Below, piece after piece: positions 28,586-41,400 of a stretch of DNA of 64,000 nucleotides; the stretch's first letter is position 1, and every line of letters starts with the position of its first letter. The translations under genes were made by a program, and so were the position numbers. The notes under the pieces are model-generated. The model did not search any database. It saw only the letters and a program-made list of their open reading frames with translations, and was not told where the DNA came from. Source of the DNA: Antedon mediterranea (taxonomy: Eukaryota; Animalia; Echinodermata); NCBI RefSeq assembly GCF_964355755.1, contig NC_092670.1, forward strand, positions 30,430,388-30,494,387. Direction: 5' to 3'.

Positions 28586-29740
28586 GATAATTATACATCT
28601 TATGGCATTCATTCCGAGACACAGACACGCGATATTCAATTTACAAAGTCTTTATGAGATTATATTTTAAACAAACCGTACCCCGAAATAGTGTCTCGAC
28701 GTATTATAATATGTTTCCTTTGTACGAAATAATAATGTTTACACTCAAATGTTAAATACAATGTGACTAAGTACTTCACACAATTTGCTAACAGTTTTAT
28801 TTTTAAATCATACATTGTCGTAAATTGGTGTAATAGTTGGTTTTTATTTAAAATCGCGACGCCTAACACAACCAGTACCTCTTTTCAAATAAATGCTCCT
28901 AATTATACTACGTTCCAATCAATATTGGTGATCGGTGTCAAATATAGTTTAAGTATATAAAAATAATAATAAGTAATAGTGATTCGTTATAGCTACAGAC
29001 CGTGAAACACAATTTATTCTATTGATAAGATTTTGTGAAAGCATTTCTCTGCCTTTTATCGTTGGATATGAATGTTTTGAGTATTAAATGCAGGCGCCAT
29101 CCGCATTTGTGAACATTTATCAAAACTCAGACATGTCTTTTTAAATTCACATTGGTACATTACAAAAGGCTTTTGCAGTTTATCAGACTAGAACATATCC
29201 TATTATATTATATTAATCTATTTTAATCATGTAATGCACTACAACAATAGTTTTTTAATCTTGATAAGCATAGGCTTTTATTGACAAGTAGCAACACATT
29301 ACCGTATATTTGGATTTTACCAAAAACAGACTAGACTGCCTTTGTAAATCATGTCGAGATATAAATAAATATATTCAAAAAGAAACTGAAGAATATGTGA
29401 TGCGCGTTAAAGATCGTGGTGAATGTAATCATGATTGATCCAGTTATTTAACGAAAAAGAAGACACAACTTCATTATGTCAGACATGCCCCTTTACCACG
29501 GCGGTTTTAGCCGATATCGGTTCATGCCCGCGATCAGTACCCATTAATTACCACTAAAATGTAGGCAGTATGGTGTAATAGATAATTATACATCTTATGG
29601 CATTCATTCTGAGACACAGACACGCGATATTCAATTTACAATGTCTTTATGAGATTATATTCTAAACAAACCGTACCCCGAAATAGTGTCTCGACGTATT
29701 ATAATATGTTTCCTTTGTACGAAACAATAATGTTTACACT
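28586..29740. repeat. Direct repeat of about 160 bp (28586-28745 and 29581-29740)
   Basis: GATAATTATACATCTTATGGCATTCATTC...AATGTTTACACT occurs twice. Confidence 0.85.
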
Positions 29741-31423
29741 AGTAGGCATATTTGTTCCTTTCTTAACCCAAACCAGTATTTTTGTATTTGTCCATTTAAG
29801 GAGGTTTGGATTTTCACAAGAGTGTCGATAAAAACGCTTAAAATCACAAATAAGTCCTCAGTAAGAAGTCCATGTACGTGTAACTAGCTCCATACCCCAC
29901 AATGGTTCTACACCATTCACCCTAATTATGTGGACGTTATGTGATGTCTAGTCCCCCAGCTAAAGGATTCATCAAAACGAAAACTGTTGAAATCCCAAGG
30001 AATTAGAAGCAACGGCCGGCCTCTTATTTTAAAAATAGTTAATTTTGGGGAGCCCGAGTTCCATAATTTATAAACTCAACATCATATTATTTGCTTGGTT
30101 GAATCATAATAAAAATGGGGATATCTCGCATTATCCGCACGAACCTAGTAAGTTGTGAGGAAAATCCCCCAAAACATTTAATAATGCTCTATGTTTAAAA
30201 TGATACTAAACGGGAGTTTTGAAGTGTTCTTAAATCAAATATCCAAGCACAAACCGATACCTCTTCACAAGCATAAAACATAATCGTTTCTCTATAATTA
30301 GATATTAAATATTCTGTGTTGGTCTTAAAACGCACCCGGGGAACGTAATATGACCTGTCATGTTCCAAACAGTGTTATTGTCGTACATGGGTTGATCGGT
30401 GTTTACGATCCATGATGACATCTATGACCGAATCTGGATGGGGAAATTACCCCTTTTTTTAAAAGCCATTGCCACTTATAATTTTGAGAAAGATAATTCA
30501 ATTGTCTTAGGAGTCCAAAAAAATCCATTTTGCAACATCATAAATATTATATGATAATTTTTAAAATTAGACAAAAAATTCCATTTTGCAACATCATAAA
30601 TATATGATAAGATTAAAACCTTCTACTTAGATTTACTTTTTTTTATTTACATACCGTACTGTACTTCGTAACTAACAACATATATACATAATATGCACCG
30701 TCGCATTTATTGCGACGGAAAAGTTGTTTAGTAAATCTAATCTACGCGTATAAAAATGTAGGCAGATAACAGATAGTTCATAGTTAAATCTGCATTTTTG
30801 GTGTTGGAAACTGTGTAACCGTATTATAGTACCATTCTGAAGAAAAATGCTACCAGCACAGTGGTAGTAAAGTTGATCTGTAGTAGGCCTAATGTTTATG
30901 AACTTTTAATTGCATTCTCTCAGATCTATCAGGAGAAAGTATTGTTCCAATCATCAGTGGGGTTTTCAGATTTCGTGGGACTACCAGTCCCTGTATTTTA
31001 ATTATGTTTGTTCAAAGATTCTTATAACTTTATTTATCATTCGAATGATTCTCTATATTGTTAAAATTGTCTTCTGGAAAATAATTTTACAGTATACTAT
31101 CTTAATATATAACATATTAATGAAAATAGGTGCCTTTTACCGTTTATTTGAGAGATACAATTTTACCGTTAAAACATAGTTTGATTTACATATCGGAAAC
31201 CGATCCATGAACACAAAATATGTCATAACAAAACATTGCTACCGGATGGTAAATGTTATTGAAAATATTATAAGCATCAACATAATTTTTAAAAATCAAC
31301 TTCATCTTAGCCTGTATAAGGGAAACATTTGGGGATTTTTGTTGTTGATTTAATTTACGACAGCAAAACACAACCTTTGGGGATTTTTTCAAATTCTTTT
31401 ACTAACAAATTTTAGGCCTCCGT

Positions 31424-31633
31424 ATTTCATTGGTCAAGAGTGTCACCTCTCTAGTCACCATTTGAAAATCAAACAAACGCGATAGTAATTTAGCTTATTT
31501 CATTGGTCCCGATCTCATGTTTGATTAGTCACGTGACGGATGACGTCAACATTACTCAACATTACAAAAGTAGCTGTTTAACTTTGTATTATATAGAAGA
31601 AAAATAGGGCAAAGGAATAAGACCATGGTAAGT
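31424..31633 (+). promoter_or_regulatory. Candidate PKS promoter and short first exon
   Basis: Two reverse CCAAT boxes (ATTGG at 31429 and 31502, both within ATTTCATTGGTC), palindromic GTCACGTGAC 31528-31537 and perfect CRE TGACGTCA 31541-31548. These are followed by ACCATG|GTAAGT (donor at 31628), which could pair with the acceptor at 32102. Confidence 0.5.
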
Positions 31634-32118
31634 TTTTGAATAATTTTTTTTTAGTTACTAAACTACTTTTAAGTAACGTGAAGGTCTATGTGTGCTTGTC
31701 GTACTTGCTCACTTGATACCCTCCGGGCATACACTAAGAGAGCATAACATTTTAATTCTTTTAGTTGTGGTTTACTTACGTACGCAACAAAAGTAATTTG
31801 ACCAATCGAATCGCAAGCAATTTTATTCGAACCGTTACTTGATTCGTTGTTGCGTTGTCCTAGAAACCAAGCTTTCAGTTATATATACAGAACATTGATT
31901 ATAAAAAAATAACACGGAAGGATAGCTACAACCTGGGTAACTACCATTTTAGAACACATTAAATCCTCCCTAACTCCTTGACGCCCTTGAAATGTTTGCA
32001 AACCAAGATTATAAAATTACTGGTCAGCGATAATGTTGTCGGCTAGGGAATTTGATTGCCATTTGTGTCATATGGTATTACCTTTTTTTTTTCTTTATAA
32101 AGATTTTGAGAAGTGAAC

Positions 32119-32425
32119 ATGAATAATAGAAAAAGCATGAACCAATCGTCATTTCCGCCCGTCGATCCTCTAGACGAAAATGACAAGGTTGCAATTGTAG
32201 GGATTGGATGCAGATATGGAGATGGTGTAGCAGGTCCACTGGAAATGTGGCGTATGTTGAAGGAGATGAGAGACTGTACAACATCTCATCCGGCTGAGCG
32301 TTTCGACAAATCAACTTTCTTTTTTCCTGGTGAAAAGAAGAAAGGTAAATTGTACACCAAACGTGGCGGTTACCTAAAGCAAGATCCGTTTATGTTTGAC
32401 CGACAATTCTTCAGGATGTCCCCAA
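32119..32425 (+). CDS. PKS coding exon 1 (KS N-terminus)
   Basis: VAIVGIGCRY...GGYLKQDPFMFDRQFFRMSP is a typical KS start. Donor A|GTAAGT at 32426. Start is ATG 32119 or 32137. Polypyrimidine acceptor ends at 32102. Confidence 0.88.
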
Positions 32426-35400
32426 GTAAGTCGCTTTCCATCAATTACTATGTTTATGTGATTTGCATTAATGAACTTTCGCATCGGGAGGGTAGACGAA
32501 AAAGGACAGTAGATTTTAACCGATGCGGTAAGATTAATCTGCGCATGCGTATAAGCCCGTTCAGTTTGTCGATAACGTTCGGTTCGGTTAGTTCATGACG
32601 TCATTTTGAAACTTTTCTACGATAAACAAAAAAGATTTCGTCCTCAAGTAAGTCGCTTTTCATCAATTACTACGTTTTTTACGTGATTTGCTTTAATGAA
32701 CTTTCGCATCGGGAGGGTAGACGATAGAGGACAGTAGGTTTGAAACGATGCGGTAATATTAATCTGCGCAGGCGTATAAGCCCGTTCATTTTGTCGATAA
32801 TGTTCGATTAGGCTAGACGAAGTTTATGACGTCATTTTGAAACTTTTCTACGACATACAAGAAATATTTCTTACAAAAGATGCCGGTTGAGTTTTTTTAC
32901 GTTTTATTTAATCAATATACGCTGGCGTAACATCTAGGTCGTGTCCACAGATGGTTCTCGAATAGAGTAGAACCCATATTCGGGGCAAATCATTTAACCT
33001 AAATTCATTTCAATCGTCAATAATTAATTATCTTTCTCAACTTAATTAGTATACTGATTTTTATTAGGTTTTAAAAATCAATATACCCAACTTTCTATAC
33101 CGTCGAGTAAACATTCTAAAAGTTAGGCGCGATTACCGAATTAATCATTATGTTCCAGCTACGATCTGGCGACAAGCTACTGCTTCATCAGCCTATATCA
33201 AGCAACTATTAAGGTGACAGAGCTTTCTCAACACTGTTCCTCGACTCTGGAACACCTTGCCCATCTCAATTCGCCAATTCGTTAAAAATGATTATCTTTT
33301 TGCCCAGGCTTATACATAGTCATAATTTTTGTATTGTAATTATAGTATGCATAAACTCATTTTGATTTTTATAGATTCGTTTAAAAAGGGAAGCGTTCTT
33401 GTAAAGCCCAAATATGGTAGTGATATGCTCCAATATGGTGTGGTAAGACATCATCATGTCCATTGGGCACATAACTTTTTGTTTTCACATACATTTTGAT
33501 AAAGTAGACATAGTTTGGCCCTCTTTAAGATTTTGATTTACCTTTTTTAGTTCTTTATTTTTAACTTTTCTAAATTAAGACCTAGCCTGGCTAACGCCAA
33601 ACGGTCGTTCAGATCTGTTCCGGCATGATTCCGGCCCGGCGCCGGCAAATCAAATCGAACGTCAATGTTTTGTTTTCACGCATATCGAATGGCGCATTAG
33701 CCGCGTGGAACGCCGTGAAAACGAAACATACGGATGACGTCAACATTCTACTCATTTGCATAACAACGTAGTTTAAGCGAACAGACTTGTTCGTTTTTAT
33801 TCCGCGCTTAACACTGTATAACGCAACGCATGTGTCGCGTCGCGCAAGCAACAAACGCCGCTTGTATTAAAACAAATCATGTAATACATTTGCCTAGCTA
33901 CACATGCTCAATCATGCATTTTGGGTGATAAATAGCATATTGTGTTGAACAATTCGTACTGTTTGGCTTAATATAAAACATAACTTTAAATTTACCAGTT
34001 GTTTTCTTAATTATTTTTCAGAATTATGATGATTATTCCATGATTTGTTACCCTTTGGTTAACGTTTCTTATGCTACTTATCAGAAATAAGGTTCTCGAC
34101 TCACGTAACTAAAGTTTTTCGTAATGCTTGCGCACGCGCATATCGATTTGTTTACAAAGTGGGCGGAGCTTGCGTGCTGCATGTTGGAAAATAGCGTTAC
34201 AGTTAACGTTTACGTGCTCCTGCGATTCAACGCAACATGTTGATTTTATGTATGTGAGAAAGAAATAAAAATAAAGACAATACAGATTAATGAATATATA
34301 TTCCCTTTGAAAGCGCAGCGTCGCACGTCATTTTCGCCTGAAAACAAAAGTTGCGGTTCGATCAGGGTTGGCATTTATCAATATTTGCTAATTATTTTGC
34401 TTAAGCTGAAATATTTAATAAGTATTTAATAACTCAAGCTTATTATCAATCGTCTTAGAAAACCAATTGTCTTGGCGCATGTGCAAAATTTAACATTATA
34501 GTGCAGTCAATTTTGTCTTGAGACGAAAAATCTTTGCTTACGCGTGCGCATTTGCTTCTTTCTGTTTTGGTGGCGGCGCTATAACTTTTATCTACGCACA
34601 AGAAGAATTCTGCTAACTATTCATTTATTAGGGTCGTTTGGCAACGCTACGAATACGATAACGAAAACGGATACGTCACACACACGTATTCGTTTTCGTA
34701 AGCCAATAAAAATCTGTTTTGCGTGGCAACGAAATATTGAGGGCGCCATCCAAAATATGACCGCGGTAAATTTAACGAAGCGCAGGCAGGTTGCTTGGCC
34801 GCCTAGACCTAGCGTAACATCAAAACGAGTGAGAACTTTCAAAACTGCGCAAATTTATCAAAATTGACCTGGCATTTTAGTAAATTACTTTTAGTAAATG
34901 ATAAATCTATAATTATACAGTATTATAATCATAAATCTGATTCAAATGCAAAATGTATGACTGGTGATATTCGTCAACACGAATTCGCTTTACGAATATG
35001 AAATGAGGATCTGCTCAAATGTGTCATAAATGTGTGACGTATGGATGCGATAGCGAAAACGAATACGTATTCGTAAGGTTGCGAAACATCCGTATTACTT
35101 AAAATATAGAAAGAGCACAAAAGTCGTAAACTCAACTTTTATTTATTTGTATCAATGACAGCGACTCTTAGCAACCGATAGAGTTTTATAATAGTTTCTG
35201 GATAGTCAAATAAGTCACATCTATACTGAAATATTTCTAGCCCATCTTACTGAAGATCGATGTCATTATCAGCGTACATAATACCACGGAAAACGCACTA
35301 GCATAGTCTTTCGAAGTGTTCTTATAGGCAAATAACTTATGCTTATCAAACCGTCTTAGCAGAAAAATTGTCTAAGGTAAATTTTAGTTTGCGCATGAGC

Positions 35401-38400
35401 AAAATTAAACTCTAGAGGTCAGTAAATGTGTCTTAAGACGAAACAACCTTGCTTACGCTTGCGCATTAGATTTTTCTCTTAGCGATGGCGGCACTATATC
35501 ATTTTTGCCCATATTATTACGCCCGTTTTCTTAAACAGGACTGCAGTCGTAGTTTGAGCTAAAACTTTAAAAATTGACGTCATTTTAATTCATAAACCGT
35601 ACTTCAACTAAATCAGAGACTAAATCAGGCCAACCTCGACTAAATCGAGACGGATTGTGATCAATTTTTGTTAGTCCTCGAGGGGGCTGGCTAAATCGCC
35701 GACAAAATGGTTTTTAAACGGGGTTTAAGTTTAAGTCGAACTGCAAACTTTGACTACTTTTTTATGAATCGAAAAAGTAATAGCTCAAACTAGCACTTTT
35801 TGAAGTCGAAGTTTGAACTACGACTAAAGTTCGGTTTAAGAATTCGGGCGTTAAACTTTTGGACAAAGTGTCGTGCTTCGAATAATTATATTCCCATTGA
35901 AAGCACAGCACATTTTCGCCTGACAACAAAGTTGCGGTTCGATCAGTGGGCTGGCATTTATCAATATGTGCTTATATTTTTGCTTAGGCTTAAATATTTA
36001 AGAAAATAACTTAAGCTTGTTTATCAAGCCGTCTTAGCAAAACAGTTTTTTTACTTGGCGCATGTGCAAGCGAATTTGCAGGTGAAAGTGAACAAGTTGC
36101 CCATGAAAAGAATTCACGCGCGGAGCTTTCGCTATCCGAATTCACCGCAGCCAAAACAAAATTTATCTGTAATCACTACAATAATAAATTGCGCATGATC
36201 AGCTATTACCGAACAACCAAGAGCACAATCACAACGCAATGATTTGTCCTCCATGTCAAAGGTTAAACATTATCGCATTTATTTCGATAATAATATCCGA
36301 TTTTAATGAGATAATTATCGGTTAACAGGCAGTAACAAAGTTTTTTTTTCTCTCTTTTGTGGGGATTTTACACACTTTTATTTCTTATAAAAATTCATAT
36401 TTTTGTAAATAATATTTATCTTTATATAATAATTTATCTGTAATCACTACAATAATAAATTGCGCATGATCAGCTACCGAACAACCAAGAGCACAATCAC
36501 AACGCAATGATTTGTCCTCCAGGTCAAAGGTTAAACATTATCGCATTTATTTCGATAATAATATCCGATTTTAATGAGATAATTATCGGTTAACAGGCAG
36601 TAACAAAGTTTTTTTTCTCTCTTTTGTGGGGATTTTACACACTTTTATTTCTTATAAAAATTCATATTTTGGTAAATAATATTTATCTTTATATAATAAT
36701 TTATCTGTAATCACTACAATAATAAATTGCGCATGATCAGCTACCGAACAACCAAGAGCACAATCACAACGCAATGATTTGTCCTCCAGGTCAAAGGTTA
36801 AACATTATCGCATTTATTTCGATAATAATATCCGATTTTAATGAGATAATTATCGGTTAACAGGCAGTAACAAAGTTTTTTTTCTTCTCTCTTTTGTGGG
36901 GATTTTACACACTTTTATTTCTTATAAAAATTCATATTTTTGTAAATAATATTTATCTTTATGTAATATGCACAATTTTCATTAATATTTGTTTCTCTAC
37001 TCTACTCAATTAATACAGATGTAAGTTTTTCTTATACATACATTAAGATATAATAATAATTATAATTATAAAACAAAATTATATTTTCATAACTATATAC
37101 AAGTATTTCAACTCAAATATCCATAACAAAATAATTATAATTTTTAATTAATACCAATTACCAATATGTTATACTTTAAACATGTTCATAGCATTTCTTT
37201 AACACTTTCTTTTTACATGAACATAATTATAATTTTCTTATGGTATTATATTTTACACACATTAAATTTAAGTATACATGTTAATATACACATATAATTC
37301 CTTTATGAATGTATATTTCTACTTTAATCATGCTTTGATTCTTATGTAACATTATCTTCTACATAAATTAATATAATAATTCATAGTTTTATCTAGTATA
37401 GTTTGTTGTTTGCAACATTATTTTATCTCATAAAAAAAAATTGTTTATATTTATTTAATTATTAATAAAACATTTGAAGTTATTAATAGAAGAACCATTA
37501 GTTGAGCAGCATGAATTATAATAGTACAATGTGGTATTTTCTTTTACAGTAACAAAGTTAATATTTGAAGGATATAAGGGTTTTTTGGACCCGTAAAAGT
37601 GGAGTTTTTGAAGATTTACGATTATTTTTGGTCTATATTTTGTTATCTTTAACCCCAAAATAATAATGAAATTTTATTTTTACTGCCTAATTTGGTTTAT
37701 AACAGATAAAAATTCCATGCAGTATAAAATCTATTGCTTTTTTCTAGAAAAAATAACAGCGAATTTATCAAAAGTGTTTTTGCACATTTAAAGTAAATTT
37801 GCATGGTTTCTTCCAGTTTCAATGGTTACAAGACCCTAAAATTTAATTAGTAATTTGTTTACTAACTAAAATCATTAGTGGATTTAATTAAAGATGTCTT
37901 CTTCCTAATACAATATTAAACAGTTTGGATTGCCACATTTACAATTTTGGCACACTTTGAATTGATTCTGACCCATTGTGAGACGGTTTGTACAACATTC
38001 GGAAATGGTTGGAGCAAATAGTTTAACCTAAATTCGTTTTAATCATCAATAATTAATTATCTAAGTAAAGTATGTACCGTACTGTACCAATTTTCTATAT
38101 CAACGAGTAAAAATGTTAAAGTGTACACACGCTAAAAATGTGGAAAAAACGAACACACTTACACTTAAAATTTTAGAAAGATATAAAAATATATAGTTGT
38201 AAAGCCTACATACATCATCCTATATAGGTTTATTATTACAAATGGAAGTTAATTGAAGTAACCAACGACCACGTGGCCTTTCTTTTACATTATTTTTTAA
38301 TTTTTTAATTATTTACTAAACAAATAAATGCGAAATTAAACATTGTAATTCGTAAAATTACAAGTCTATTACAGTATTTAACAGCCATTTTACTGAAATT

Positions 38401-41400
38401 GACCTGTTCACATGCATGGATCCTTGTAATAACTTGTTATACCTACATTTTAAAAATAATTGTAGGTGTGAAATTGGTATAAGTAGAAATTAACTGGTAA
38501 CAGTTGTAGCTGAAACTAGTACTAGTAGTAGCATCTGCTATGAAGCTTTATTATGTTTTTTCTGTGACTTGTGTCTGTTTAACTTGAAATGGTTAACCTA
38601 ATGTAGCTGTAAAATAGTATTTAATTTTTATTGTCTATAAAACTAAAAGCGGGAATATAATCTGCTATTGAAACTACGGCAGAATTGGGTCATATAAACT
38701 GAACTAAGCAACAAATAACGTTGAACCCCTGTTTTACAATGTAATTGTTTTTATGTGTAGGTGAAGCTGAACACATGGATCCACAAATACGAATTCTTCT
38801 TGAGGTTGTCTGGGAATCGATTGAAGATGCTGGTATTCCTGCTTCTACACTTCGTGGCTCTAACACTGGTGTGTATATGGGAGTAACGGCTAATGAGTAT
38901 TTGGCCCTAACCGGCTTACCCTTTAGTAACATCGGTCAATACACAAATTCAGGAACCAACTCTTGCATGATTTCCAATCGTATTTCGTACGAGTTTGATT
39001 TAAGAGGACCAAGCTTTTCCATCGACACTGCTTGTTCGTCATCTCTCTATGCTGTACAGGTTGCATGTGATGCTCTAAGAGGAGGCGTCTGTGATACAGC
39101 AATTGCAGGTGGAGTAAATATCATACTTACACCATCTGTTACAATTGGGTTTTGTCAAGCTGGTATGCTTTCTCCTGATGGCCAGTGTAAAAGTTTTGAT
39201 GAGTCAGCTGACGGTTACAGCCGAAGTGAAGGTGTAGGGTCAGTACTTCTAAAGCCACTTAAAAGAGCAATAGCAGATAATGATCGAATTTACGCAGTTA
39301 TAAGGGGCGGCGCTCTAACAAATGATGGACGAACGCCAGGTATTGCAAACCCAAGTTTTGATGCTCAGATTGATCTTGTGCACAAAGCATGTTCAGCAGC
39401 GAAAGTAGACCCACGTGACGTTGCTTATATCGAAGCTCATGGTACAGGTACTAGGGTAGGCGACAAGACTGAAGCTAATGCCATCGGTGAAGCTATGAGC
39501 AAACAACGTTCGGATGATGCACCACCTTTGTATATTGGTTCTGTAAAATCAAACGTAGGACATGCAGAAGGTGCTGCTGGAATAGCTGGAGTTATTAAAA
39601 CAGCATTGTTACTGTATCATCGTGAAATTCCTGGTGTTGTGCATTTCCAACGCGGTAACCCAAGCATTAATTTCGAAGACCTCAAAATGACCGTTCCTTC
39701 TACAAGCATCTCTTGGCCTGCTGATTCAAAATATCTCGCAGGTTGCAGTTCGTTTGGATTCGGAGGTGCTAACGCACATGTTGTTTTTGAAGCAGCCCCA
39801 TCTACAATGCAAAATCATTGCGAGGTAACGAATGGTGATTCATCACATTCTGAGAAATCAAATATGTTAATGCTTTCAGCATCGACATCAGAAGCTCTTA
39901 AGCAAAAGTTTATCGACTATGGGAACTTTATTTCACAAAGTTCGGTTTCTCTAAAAAATACGTTATATACTGCAAACTTGAGAACACATAATCATGTTTT
40001 TAGAGCAGTTCTTTTAGCCAAGACCAGAGAAGAATTTATGAATATACTGCAAAGAAAAGTACACGGAGAAAACGTTATTACTTTAATCGAAGGAAAGGCA
40101 CCAGAGGGCAATGTTATAATGAGACTAGTTTTTGTTTTTTCTGGCATGGGCACTCAGTGGTGGGGCATGGCTAGAGAGTTAATGAACACACAACCAATCT
40201 TCCAAAAAACCATGCAGGTAATTACAAATACGAAACAACGTTAAACCTGGAATATTACTGTTAAAATCACTATAGAATATTTTTGATCAAGAATAATTAT
40301 AAAACACTTCTTTTTTTTAATAATAGAGAATTGATAGTTACCTTGGAAAGATTGGAGGAAGATGGTCACTTATTCAGATATTGACAGAAGAAACTGATAA
40401 AAACAGGATAAGCAAGGATACAGGTTTACAACGTTCTTATTCTGAGTTAATCGATGACATCTATCATGAATACATTCTTGTAGAAATGACTGTTAAACAT
40501 TTTCGCAAACTATTGCAGTATTACAAATATTTTTTGTTCTCTTTTGTGGGGATTTTACCCACTTTTATTTCTTATAAAAATTCATATTTTTGTAAATAAT
40601 ATTTATCTTTATGTAATATGCACAATTTTCATTAATATTTGTTTCTCTACTCTACTCAATTAATACAGATGTAAGTTTTTCTTATACATACATTAAGATA
40701 TAATAATAATTATAATTATAAAACAAAATTATATTTTCATAACTATATACAAGTATTTGAACTCAAATATCCATAACAAAATAATTATAATGTTTAATTA
40801 ATACCAATTACCAATATGTTATACTTTAAACATGTTCATAGCATTTCTTTAACACTTTCTTTTTACATGAACATAATTATAATTTTCTTATGGTATTATA
40901 TTTTATAAACATTAAATTTAAGTTAAAATTGTTAATATACACATATAATTCCTTTATGAATGTATATTTCTACTTTAATCATGCTTTGATTCTTATGTAA
41001 CATTATCTTCTACATAAATTAATATAATAATTCATAGTTTTATCTAGTAGTTTGTTGTTTGCAACATTATTTTATCTCATAAAAAAAAAATATTACAAAT
41101 ATTGCATATTTAAACATCAGGAATATGATTTGCTAATAAAATGATGCTGAAATGCTAATGTCATATAGAATACCATTAATTGAGACCAGAATAGTTTATC
41201 CACTGACACTCGAACTTCAATTAGAAACATCTATTCTTAATATTATATTGTTGTTTGTCTTCAACAGAAATGTCACAAGTCTGCATTTGTAGCGTACAAA
41301 TTGGATTAGTGGAACTATACAAGCTTTATGGAGTAACCCCAAGTGCCATAATCGGTCACAGCGTCGGAGAAGTAGCAGCAGCCTATGCAGCGGGACTTCT

